Below the pieces are notes generated by a model. The model made no database searches. It saw only the letters and a list, made by a program, of their open reading frames with translations, and was not told the DNA's origin. This document shows, in pieces, positions 51,289 through 63,178 of a DNA stretch of 64,000 nucleotides. This DNA comes from Mobula hypostoma. Its lineage: Eukaryota. Position numbers and translations under genes: made by a program. Positions within the stretch are counted from its first letter, which is position 1, and the number at the start of each line of letters is the position of its first letter. The stretch is from the NCBI RefSeq assembly GCF_963921235.1, contig NC_086100.1, positions 203,796,001-203,860,000 on the forward strand, in the 5' to 3' direction.

Positions 51289-51489
51289 GGTTTACAGGAT
51301 GGCCGTGTGTTCTCAGTAGCTACACGGTCACGACAAAGACCGAGCGCCGTCTGCGAGCTGGTCCCTGACACAAAAACACAGACACATGAAAAGACGGACA
51401 GACGCATACCAGGACGTATATAAACACACAGAGATGCAGACATACAGAAATACTTAAAAAATGAATACAGTTTGCAGTTTGAACCTTTT

Positions 51490-54400
51490 TAAGATGGAGG
51501 CACCTATTTTGTGAACTGTTTGAAATGATTCTTGCTCTGGGATAATCGAATGTGCTTGTGGGGATGTCAGCGGGTTTGGGGTGCACATGGAAGTGGGGTT
51601 GCCCGTTGATTTGCGGATGTGCGAAGGTTTCAGGGTATGTTGGTGAATATGGGTTGCACACGGATTTTGGAGTGTCGGTGAATTTACGGCTGCACACAGA
51701 TTTGGGTGTCTCGGCGGATTTGGGAGATGTACGCGGATTTGGGGGTGTAATGAAACTCAAGGCTGTTTTATTTATGGATACTTTAAGAACAAATGCACTT
51801 CGAAATTTGAACTTTGTTCTTGCTATTTGATTTGAGGTGGAGGCAGCAATTTTATGAAGTGTTCGAAATGATTCTTGCTCTGTGATAACCTACTGTGCAT
51901 GTGGGGATGTTAGCGGGTTTAGGGTGCGCACAGATCTGGTTATGTGGGTGGATTTCAGGGTGTTGGTAGTTTTGGGGCTCGCACAGATCGGGGTATGTGA
52001 ATGGATTTGGGGCTGTCGGCAGGTTTGGGGGTGCTCGTGGATTTGGCGATGCACACAGATTTGGGGGTGAACGCTGAGTTGGCGCTTGCATGTGTGTTTG
52101 CGGACGTGCACAGATTTGGGAGTGCACACAGATTTGCAGATATGGGAATCCTGGTGGATTTTGATGTGTTTTGAGGTTGTTTCATTGATACATAGTTTAA
52201 TAATAAATGCAACCTGAACTTCGCCCTCTGTTCTTGCTATTTTTTTTAAATTGGAGGCAGATAATTTGAGAAATGTTTGAAATGATTCTTGCTCTGAGAT
52301 AATCTAATGTGCATGTGGGGGAGTCAGCAGGTTTGGGGTGCGCACAGATCTGGGTATGCCAGTGGATTTGTGCCTGGTGGCAGATTCAGGTGAGCACGGA
52401 TTTCGGGGTGCACACGGATTTGAGGATTGCGCTGATTCAGGAACATTTTGGTGAATATGGGGTGCACAGGGATTTGCGCAGACATAGGGGTTTGTCAGCG
52501 AATATAGAGGTGTTGGTAGATTTTGGTGCACGCACTGACACGGGGATGAGGATGGGTTTGGTGAGGTGCACAGATTTAAGGGATGTCAATGATTATATTG
52601 TAGCGGTGTGCTACACACAGCGCTAGAATAACCACACGGAGTCGGTGAGTTAGAGTTGTGATGAAAAGAGATTTATTCAAACTTTGCGGCCTGCTTTAAA
52701 GCCTTCCCGTTCCCGCCCTCCCTGGGGCGGGATTGCTGTGGGGAATGCATATTCCCAGAACCTTTCCACGCGCGGGATTTCCCCCCTGCTGGTGAAGATG
52801 GCCTGGCGCCCCTTTTGGGGCCGGCCCTCTGCCTGCACGCGCTGTTGTGAGCCAGTTCATGTGTGCCAGAAAATGGGTCGCCACATAACCCCTCCCCAGA
52901 ACCGGCGATATCTCCCCCAATGTCCACAGTCTGGAGCGGCCTCTGTTTGGGAGGTCTGCCCCTGCGCCGCGATGCCTGAGCCTGGACCGGCTGTGCCAAG
53001 TCCACATGGGCTGGTTTGAGTCGGTCCACCGTGAAAACCTCCTCTCTCCCCCCAATGTCCAGCACGAACGTGGACCCGTTGTTCCTGATCACCTTAAACG
53101 GCCCCTCGTAAGGCCGCTGTAGTGGTGCCCGGTGTCCGCCCCGTCGTACAAAAAGAAACTTACAGTTCTGCAGGTCTTTGGGTACGCAGGTCGGGCTCTG
53201 TCCATGCTGTGAAGTGGGGATGGGGGCCAGGTTATCGAGCCTCTCACGTAGTCTGTCCAGGACTGCTGCTCTTGGCCCCTTGGGGCTGGTATGAACTCTC
53301 CTGGGATGACCAGGGGTGCGCCGTGCGGATTTCGTGCAGGACCCAGGGAAGCTCGTCCACCCAGTTAGGCCCCTCCAGGCGGGCCATGAGAGCCGATTTC
53401 AGGTGACGGTGGAAGCGCTCCACTAGTCCGTTCGACTGTGGGTGGTAGGCAGTTGTGTGGTGTAGCTGAGATGCTAAAAGGTTGGCCATAGCCGACCACA
53501 GGCTGGAGGTGAACTGGGCGCCCCTGTTGGAGGTAATGTGGGCCGGTACCCCAAAGCGGGCTACCCAGGTTGCGATCAGTGCTCGGGCGCAGGATTCGGA
53601 GGTGGTGTCGGTGAGCGGGACTGCCTCTGGCCATCTGGTGAACCGGTCTATCATAGATAGGAGGTACCGCGCTCCTCGTGACACTGGCAGGGGCCCCACG
53701 ATATCCACATGGATGTGGTCGAACCTCCGGCGGGTGGGTTCGAACCGCTGTGGCGGAGCCTTGGTGTGCCGCTGCACCTGGGCCGTTTGGCACTGCATGC
53801 ACGTTTTGGCCCATTCACTGACCTGTTTACGCAGTCCATGCCACACGAACCTGTTGGCGACCAGCCAGACGGTTGTCCTGATGGAGGGGTGCGCTAAGTT
53901 GTGAATGGACTCGAAAACCCGCTGGCGCCAGGCTGCTGGGACGACGGGGCGGGGTTGGCCAGTAGCTACGTCACATAGTAGGGTCCTCTCACCTGGGCCT
54001 ATGGGGAGGTCTTGGAGCTGCAACCCGGAGACTGCAGTCCTGTAACTGGGGATCTCAGTGTCTGCCTGCTGTGCCTCTGCCAGCGCTGCATAGTCCACCC
54101 GCTGGGACAGGGCCTGTATGGTAGGTCTGGATAGTGCATCCGCCATGACGTTGTCCTTTCCAGAGACATGCCGGATGTCGGTCGTGTACTCGGAGATGTA
54201 GGACAGATGTCGCTGCTGGCGGGACGACCAGGGGTCGGACACCTTCATGAACGCAAAAGTAAGCGGTTTGTGGTCCGTGAACGCGGTGAAGGGCCTACCT
54301 TCTAAGATGTACCTGAAATGCCGGATTGCCAGGTATAGTGCCAATAGTTCCCAGTCGAAAGCACTGTATTTGAGTTCAGGTGGTCGTAGGTGTTTGCTGA

Positions 54401-57160
54401 AGAACGCCAGGGGTTGCCAGCGACCCTCGATGAGTTGTTCCAGCACTCCACCTACCGCTGCATTGGATGCGTCCACCGTGAGGGCAGTAGGAATGTCCGT
54501 TCTGGGGTGCACTAGCATCGCGGCGTTTGCCAGGGCTTCTTTGGTTTTAACGAAAGCGGTTGCGGCCTCTTCGTTCCAGGTAATGTCCTTGCCCTTACCT
54601 GACATTAGAGTGAACAGGGGTCGCATGGTTCGGGCTGCTGAGGGGAGGAAACGGTGCTAGAAATTCACCATACCCACGAATTCCTGCAGGCCTTTGATTG
54701 TGTTGGGTCGGGGGAAGTTGCGGACCGCGTCTGCCTTGGCGGGCAGCGGGGTTGCCCCGTCTTTAGTAATCCTGTGGCCCAGGAAGTCGATGGTGTCGAG
54801 TCCGAACTGGCATTTGGCTGGGTTGATTGTAAGGCCGAATTCGCTCAGGTGGGAGTAGAGCTGGCGGAGGTGGGACAGATGCTCCTGCCGACTACTGCTG
54901 GCTATGAGGATATCGTCCAAATAGATGAATGCAAAGTCCAGGTCGCGTCCCACCGCGTCCATTAGCCGCTGGAAGGTCTGTGCGGCATTATTTAGACCAA
55001 ACGGCATTCGGAGGAATTCGAAAAGTCCAAACGGGGTGATGAGTGCTGTTTTGGGGATGTCGTCCGGATGTACCGGGATTTGATGGTATCCCCGGACGAG
55101 GTCTACCTTGGAAAAGATCCTTGCGCCCTGTAGGTTTGCTGCGAAGTCTTGAATGTGTGGCACAGGGTAGCGGTCTGGCGTTGTAGCTTCGTTCAGTCTG
55201 CGGTAGTCACCGCATGGTCTCCAGCCCCCCATTGTCTTGGGCACCATGTGAAGGGGGGAGGCCCATGGGCTGTCGGACCGTCGCATGATCCCCAATTCCT
55301 CCATCTTCTTGAACTCCTCCTTCGCCAGTCGGAGCTTGTCTGGGGGAAGCCTTCGAGCATGGGCGTGGAGGGGTGGTCCTTGGGTCGGGATGTGGTGCTG
55401 TACTCCGTGTCTGGGCATGGCTGCCATCAACTGCGGTGTCAGAACTGATGGGAAATCCGCCAGGACCCTGGTGAATTCATTGTCGGACAGCGTGATGGAG
55501 TCCAGGTGTGGGGCTGGCAACTGTGGTTCACCCAGGGAGAACGTTTGAAAAGTCTTGGCGTGGACTAATCGCTTCCCTTGCAGGCCAACCAGCAGGCTGT
55601 GGGCTCGTAGAATATCCGCCCCCAGGAGTGGTTGGGCCACGGCGGCCAGTGTGAAGTCCCACGTGAACCGGCTGGAGCTGAACCGTAGCCGCAGCGTGCG
55701 GGTGCCGTAGGTTCGTATTGTGCTACCATTTGCGGCCCTCAGGGTGGGTCCGGGTTCTCTGTTGCGGGTATCTTAACTCGTTGGAGGTAAGATGCTGATC
55801 TCCGCTCCGGTGTCGACCAAAAAGCGGCGTCCCGACTGCTTGTCCCAGACGTACAGGAGGCTGTCCTGATGGCCAGCTGCCGTAGCCATCAGCGGCGGCT
55901 GGTCCTGGCGTTTCCCGGGAATTTGCAGGGTGGTCTGCAGTGGCGGGCCTCCGTGCCCCACCGCTGGTGGCAGAAACACCATTGTTCGTTGGGCTCCTCA
56001 CTCCCGTCTCCGGGTTTTGTAGGCTCTGCTGCCGGGCCTGGTCTGGTCTGTGGTTGGGCACGCGGCTTGGTGATCTGTGCGACGGATGCCCCTCTCTCTT
56101 TCCTGGCATTCCACAGCACATCTGCTCGGGCCGCCACCTCCCGGGGGTTGCTGAAATCTGCGTCGGACAGCAGCAGGCATATGTCCTCGGGCAGTTGGTC
56201 TAGGAACGCCTGCTCAAACATGAGGCAGGGTTTGTGTCCTTCAGCCAGGGCCAGCATCTCGTTCATTAATGCTGACGGCGGCCTGTCTCCCAAACCATCC
56301 AGGTGCATTAAGCGGCGTGCTCGTTCGCGCCGCGAGAGTCCGAAAGTCCTTATGAGCAGGGCTTTGAATGCTGTGTATTTGCCGTCTTCCGGGGGCGACT
56401 GTATAAACTCCACAACTTGGCAGCAGTCTCCTGGTCGAGGGAGCTCAGCACGTAGTAGTAGCGAGTGGACTCTGAGATTATCTGCCGAATGTGGAATTGA
56501 GCTTCTGCTTGTTCGAACCATAACTGGAGTCGCAGCGTCCAGAAGCTTGGCAGTTTTAACGAAACTGCGTGAACAGATGCAGCGTCGGTCATCTCTGGCC
56601 CAAATATCGTTTGGGCCGTCGGGGTCACCAATTGTAGTGGTGTGCTACACACAGCGCTAGAATATCCACACGGAGTCGGTGAGTTAGAGTTTCGATGAAA
56701 GAGATTTATTCAAACTTCGCGGCCTGCTTTAAAGCCTTCCCGTTCCTGCCCTCCCTGGGGCAGGACTGCTGTGGGGAATGCATATTCCCAGACTCTTTCC
56801 ACGCGCGGGATTTTCCCCTGCTGGTGAAGATGGACTGGCGCCCCTTTTGGGGCCGGCCCTCTGCCTGCGCGTGCTGTTGTGAGCCGGTTCATGTGTGCTA
56901 GAAAGCGGGTCGCCACAGTATGAGGAATATGCATGTGGACGTGTGTTTGGAATTTAAACTTTGTTCTTGCTATTTTTCAGGTGGAGGCAGCTGTTTTGTA
57001 AAGAGTCTGAAATGATTCCCACTCTGTGATAGTCTAATTTGTAGGTGTAAGCACAGATTTGGAGTACGCACTAATTTGGGGATGTGCCCATATTCCTCGA
57101 TTTGTCAGGGAATCTGCGGGTGTTTACGGATTTAGGGGTGCATGTGGCTTTGCCGATTGA
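51490..57160. repeat. Degenerate complex satellite (~340-420-bp units with ~18-bp subrepeats), interrupted by Gypsy
   Basis: Unit head GAAATGATTCTTGCTCTG recurs at about 51522, 51865, 52279 and (diverged) 57009, with GCACACAGATTTGGGG-like subrepeats. Confidence 0.8.
52599..56917 (-). mobile_element. Ty3/Gypsy LTR retrotransposon, structurally complete (4319 bp) but with broken ORFs
   Basis: LTRs 52599-52885 and 56633-56917 (TG...CA). PBS TGGTGACCCCGACG lies next to the 5' LTR and a polypurine tract at about 52886-52903. Coding motifs: gag (LKLPSFW..WFEQAEAQF), protease LVDTGA, RT YLDD, RNase H VDAS, integrase HVDIVGP...NGLVERFH. Flanks ATAT/GTAT. Confidence 0.96.
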
Positions 57161-59351
57161 AACACAGAAACATAGAAAACCTGCAGCACAATACAGGCAC
57201 TTTAGCCCACAAAGTTGTGGCGAACATGTCTTACCTTAGAAATTACTTGGGTTACCCATTGCCCTCTTTTTTCTAAGCTCCGTGTACCTATCCAAAAGTC
57301 TGTTAAAAGACCCTATCGTATCCGCCTCCACCACCATTGTCGGCAGTCCATTCCGCACAATCACCAGTTTCTGCATAAAAAACTTACCCCTGACATCTCT
57401 CTCTTTCTTCTTAAACCTTTTTATGAATTATTATTGAAAATCAACAACAGAGAAAAATACATCAAAATAATCAAGATAACATATCCATATGTAGAGTAAA
57501 AGTTAACCTATCAACCAGGGTGAACAGTATATCCATAATAATCAAAAAACAAAGTATTAAAGCTTTTTTTATGGAAAAAAGGAAAGAAGGGAAAAAGAAC
57601 CCCTACTAACTAAAACAGAGAAAAACCCCTAATAACTAAAAAAAAGGGGGAAAAAAAAACATTTGAAGCACAAACCTGGAGCTATACGTCATACAAGCTT
57701 CCATAAAAAAAGACATCAAACCGCCAACCAAATTCATATAACCAAGCATCAGAAAAGGACCATCTTAATTAACTCAAGTCAAATGATAATAACGGGCAAA
57801 AGAACCCCACCTTTTCTCAAAGTCAAATATAGGATGAAAAGTTCAACTTTTAATTTTTTCCAAACTAAGACGTAACATCACCTGAGAGAACCATTGTATC
57901 AAAGTGGGAGCAGAACCATCTTTCCATTTTAATAAAATAGCCCTTCTAGCCAATAATGTAACAAATGCAATTATGTATTGGTCTGATATAGAAAGACCGT
58001 GAATATGTTGAGGAATTATACCAAACAAAACTGTCAATTTATTAGGTTGTAAATTGATTTTTAAAGCTTTAGAGATCATAGAAAAAAATAGATTTCCAAA
58101 ATTGTTTCAATACAGAACACGACCAAAACATACGTGTCAATATAGCTATCTCAGTTTTGCATCTATCACACTGACTATTTACATTTGGAAATATTTTAGA
58201 CGATCTCTCCTTCGTCAAATAATAACGATGTGCAATTTTAAATTGAATTAGAGAATGACTGGCACAAATCGAAGAAGAGTTAACCAGCTTCAAATTTCGC
58301 AACCAATCCTCTGTTATCAAGATCATATTAAGCTCTCTTTCCCAATCTTGCTTGATCTTAAGTAAAGGATAATTGTCCTGTTGTAATAGTAAATTATAAC
58401 ATTTCCCAATAAAGCCTTTCATTAAAGGGTTCATTTTTAAAATAATGTCTAACAGGTCAGAATCTTGTATATATGGAAAATTACTTAAATATTCTTGTAA
58501 AAAATGTCTGACCTGAAGATATTGCAAAAAATGTGAATATGAGAGAGAGTATTTAGTTACTAATTTCTCAAAGGACATCAATCGACCTCCTTGAAACAAG
58601 TCCATAAAGGAAAAAATTCCTTTATTCGTCCAAAGAGAAAAGGTAGGATCATTAAGTGAAGGTCTAAATAAATAGTTTCAATAAATTAAACTGAAAAGGT
58701 TAATTTTTTTAAGATTAAAAAACTTACGAAACTGATACCAAATTCATAATGATTGATTAATCATAGGATTTATATTTAAAATAGAAATTTTTGCTAATTG
58801 TACAGGGAAAGGAGCTCCTAATAATGAAGCTAAATGAAATTGTTTCACAGTTTTCAATTCCGAGTCAACCCAAGATGGTCATTCCTTTTTATCGGTCCAA
58901 TATAACCAAGAACACGCATAACATATATTAACCGCCCAATAGTACATTCTTAAATTAGGCAAAGTAAGTCCTCCATCCTTTTTCAATTTTTGTAAATGAC
59001 ATTTTCCAATTCTTGGTCTTTTATTATTCCAAACAAAAGATGAAATAATAGAGTCAACTTGATCAAAAAACTTCTTAGTTAGAAAAATAAGAATGTTTTG
59101 AAATACATATAAAAATTTTGGTAAAATCATCATTTTAACTGCATGAATTCGACCTACTAAGGAAAGTGTAAGTGGATTCCATCCAGAAAAAGAATTGCTT
59201 CATAAAATCCACTAAGGGAACTAAATTAGCTCTATAAAGGTCTCCATAATTTTTAGTAATGGTAATACCTAAATATTTAAAAGAAGCCGTAACTTTTAAA
59301 GGAATGTTATCATATATAGAAGCGGAATCATTTAAAGGAAATAATTCACTT

Positions 59352-59558
59352 CGTTTTTTTGGATCTCCCCCTCCCCCTCCAACTTTCAAATCCCTTACTC
59401 ACTCTTCCTTCAGTTAGTCCTGATGAAGGGTCTCGGCCTGAAACGTCGACTGCACCTCTTCCTAGAGATGCTGCCTGGCCTGCTGCGTTCACCAGCAACT
59501 TTTATGTGTGTTGCTTGAATTTCCAGCATCTGCAGAATTCCTGTTGTTTGCGTTTTTA
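59352..59558 (+). mobile_element. Penelope-derived short insertion with a 9-bp TSD inside L1
   Basis: AATTCACTT is duplicated at 59343-59351 and 59559-59567; the insertion interrupts the L1 RT frame. Confidence 0.85.
59415..59452 (+). ncRNA. Minimal type I hammerhead ribozyme motif (Penelope-associated)
   Basis: TAGTC-CTGATGA-AGG-GTCTCGG-CCT-GAAA-CG-TC-GACTG: intact core, stems I and II, and a palindromic ACGT helix III. Confidence 0.7.
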
Positions 59559-60886
59559 AATTCACTTTTATGCAGGTTTAATTTATATCCTGAAAACAAT
59601 CCAAATTCATTTAATAACTTCAATAAGATTGGAATAGATTCTTCGGGATTCGAAATATAAACCAAAAGATCATCTGCATAAAGGGAGATCTTATGAATAG
59701 TCCCGTTTATAGAAATTCCTTGAATATTTTTAGCTTCACGAAGTGCAATAGCCAAGGGTTCCAACATCAAGTTAAATAACAGAGGACTTAATGGACATCC
59801 TTGTCTTGTACCCCGAGGAAGTTGGAAAAAGGGGGATCTACAATTATTAGTGATAACAGTGGCAATAGGGCTTTTATATATCAATCTAATCCATTTATTA
59901 AAATTAGTACCAAAGCTAAATTTCTCTAAAACTTTAAATAGATATTTCCATTCAACTCTATCAAATGCCTTTTCAGCGTCAAGAGAAACAACACATTGGG
60001 GAGTCTTAGAGAGGGATGAGTATATAATATTTAACAGTCTCCGAGTATTAGAAAAGGAATAACGGCCTTTTATAAAACCTGTTTGATCCTGAGAAATAAT
60101 TTTAGCTGGTATATTCTCCATCCAATTAGCCATTATTTTTGAAAGAATTTTGGCATCCACATTTAATAATGAAATAGGTCTATATGAAGCACAATCAGTA
60201 GGATCTTTATCTTTCTTAAGGATTAAAGAAATAGAAGCTTCATAAAATGTGGAAGATAACTCTTCTAACATAAAAGAATCTTTAAGCATTTCCAACATAT
60301 AAGGAGTAAGCAAATGTTCAAATTTTTAATAAAATCCTACAGTAAAACCATCCAACCCAGGAGCTTTACCAGATTGCATTGAAAGAATAGCTTTCTGAAT
60401 TTCTCTTTCAGTAAAAGGAACATCAAGAATTTGCTGATCTTCAACAGATATTCTAGGAAAATCAATCTTTTGTAAAAAGGCGTACATATTAGAAGGGTCA
60501 GCTGGAAACTGAGACTTATAGAGTTCACTATAATAGTCTTGAAAGTTTTTATTAATATCTTCATAATTACAAGGTAAACTACTATCTCTTTTACGAATTT
60601 TTAAAATTCGTCTTTTAGCTCTAACTGCTTTAAATTGAGATGCTAATAGCTTGTTACTTTTATCTCCAGACATATAAAATTGACTTTTTAATTTAAGCAA
60701 ATTTCTTTCAATCGGATAAGTTAATAGTAAATTATATTGAGATTTAAGTTCAACCCTTTGTTTAAATAAATCAACATTAGGAGAAACTGCATAAGTATTA
60801 TCTAGATCTTTAATTAGTTTGGAAATTCTATCTAATTCTATTTTTGTCTGTTTTCTTTCAAATCTCTTACTAACCTTTCCTTCAGT

Positions 60887-60924
60887 TAGTCCTGACGAAG
60901 GGTCTCGGCCCGAAATGTCGACTG
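60887..60924 (+). ncRNA. Second hammerhead-like motif in a Penelope-derived repeat
   Basis: TAGTC-CTGACGA-AGGG-TCTCGG-CCC-GAAA-TG-TC-GACTG; the helix III palindrome is broken by a C-to-T change. Confidence 0.55.
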
Positions 60925-61529
60925 TACCTCTTCCTAGAGATGCTGCCTGGCCTGCTGCGTTCACCAGCAACTTTGTTGTGAATATAAACCAATACTCTGC
61001 GTAAGGAATAATGTTTGATGAGTTTCCATCAGTAAATCTGTCCCACTGCAAGAACGACCTGTTTTAAGACTCATCAAAACCAAAAAGGCATCTGAACAAG
61101 TTACAACTTTACATGAACAAATTTCCACCACCCACTGTAAGCTTAATACGATGGAAACAAATTCTGCTATCTATAGTGATACATGTTGTTTCTTTATAGT
61201 TACCTGTAATTCATGCAGAAAAAAAAACAGCCACAGCAATGTCTCAGTTAAGTCACCTTTTGATTCTTCTGCAGCAATGTTTAACGTATCATAATAGTTT
61301 TCCATTTTATACTGACGAATTGACAGATTCTCAAGCATAACGGAATCCTTAGACTTTATTAAATTGTGTATCCTAAAATCAACTAAAGGCATTGAGAACA
61401 ATAATGTGGGTTACCAAGAACGCAACAGTGGGACGTATTGCATAATCCAACAAACCCATATTCCTAGCGTGATTAGAACCTGGTCCTGGACAACAAGCTG
61501 TGTGAACTGACAGCCAGAATTTCTTACCA

Positions 61530-62290
61530 GTGGGAAACAAAAGAATATAACTTTTTGTGCTTCGTGGAGACCTGGTTGACGGAGGAGACATCGTACCATG
61601 CCATCGAACCCTTTGGGTTCTCCCTGTTCCGTGTGGACAGGTCGAAAGACCTCACTGGGAAGAGTAAAGGAGGAATGGTATGCTTCATGGTCAACAATTC
61701 TTGGTGCAACCGCCAGAATATGCATGTGCTCAAATCCTTTGTTCCCCAGATCTGGAACAGCTGTTTAGACCCTACTGGCTGCCTAGGGAGTTCACGGCTG
61801 TTAACATCAACACACTGTACATTCCGCCACAGGCTGAAACTGACCTGGCTCCCAAGGAACTGTACGAAACCTTCAACACGCTGAAGACTGCACACCCAGA
61901 GGCTGCCTTCATTGTTGCCGTGACTTTAATCCATCATCACTGACTGAAGTCCCTCCGAAGTTTTGCCAGCACATCCAGGTGAGCACTCGGGGAGCGAGTA
62001 CACTCGACCCATCTGCAACGATTACAACGTGCTCCTCCGACCACATTTGAAGAATCAGATCACTCTTTGATCCTGCTTCTGCCGATGTACAGGCAAAAGC
62101 TGAAACAGGAGGCGGCCATAGGTGATCCGTCCACTGTTGGTCCGATCAATCGGCTTTCATGCTACAAGACTGCTTGGTGACATCAGTTGGACTGTCTCCC
62201 ATGATGAGGATGTGACGGAGTTCACGATGGGGTCACGTGCTTCATCTGAAAGTGCATCGAGGATGCTGTTCCCCAGAAAACGGTCAATGT
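61530..62290 (+). mobile_element. Rex1-type LINE endonuclease fragment
   Basis: CFVETWL...FSLFRVDRS...KSKGGMVCF and YIPPQA. Confidence 0.7.
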
Positions 62291-63176
62291 CGTTTCCTTA
62301 TTGTTACCGAAAATTTGGACACTAAAATCGTCACACCAACAATCCCAATTAAATTATATTTTGATCCTTCTGTAAAATGGTTAACATATCACAATAAATT
62401 TCCTTAATATACCAATGAACTAACAGATTCTCAGGCATAACCATATCCTGAGACTTTATTAAATCGTGTATCCCAAAATCAATAAAAGCATTTGTAAAAA
62501 CAAGTTGGGGTTACTAAGAAAGCTACAGTGGGACATATTGCATAATTCAATGAACACAGAATTCCAGCAGAATAAGAACCCAAGCACCCAAAACTAAAAC
62601 ACTTTTCTTGTGATCTTCCCGACAGTCCTCCAACACACCTTTAAGAGGATGATCATTTCTTTGCTCCTTCAAATTAATCAAATATGTTAACATCAAATTC
62701 AATCTTCGCAATATCAATCAGTAAACCTGAAACAGGAGACGACCTCACTGCACCGTAACAGAATCTTAAAGCCTGTGCTTCTACCACATCCAAACATTTT
62801 AAAGTTGAAGATGAAGCTGATACATAAGCCACAGAGTCATAATCGAGACCATTTAAACAAATATAAATGGTCAACAGAGATTTTTGTGTAGCACCCAAAG
62901 AATACCCACAAAGACACCTGAGAACATTTATTGCTCCTTTATATTTATCAATTATTTTACTGATATGGTGCTTCCATATCAGCTTATTGACCATCCACGT
63001 GCCTGGAAATCTTACCACTGACATGTCTTCAAGTGTTTGCTCATACGATTTGAAATCAAGTGCAGGTCTATTAATTTTGTTTATTAAACACATGACTTGT
63101 GTTATTTTGCCACTGAAAGCTTAGGTCCCATCAATATGCCAACTGTTTGACCTTATTAATTACCAATGGCATCCTA
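62290..63176 (-). mobile_element. Decayed I/Nimb-type LINE (related sequence at about 60980-61520)
   Basis: ORF 62674-63093 has LIWKHHI...LDYDSVAY.SASSSTLKCLDVVEAQALRFCYGA. Confidence 0.7.
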
Positions 63177-63178
63177 TA

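Larger units (their letters stand above)
57400..60855 (-). mobile_element. 5'-truncated L1-clade LINE, disrupted
   Basis: ORFs 60326-61051 (part), 59489-60313 (YRPISLLNVDAK, GTRQGCPLSP, LYADD), 58879-59133 and 58069-58605 (CDRC...C). Confidence 0.92.

Noticed and set aside
53122..56660. Numerous plus-strand ORFs across the Gypsy element
   Set aside because: They are antisense shadows of GC-rich gag-pol sequence with no recognisable motifs.
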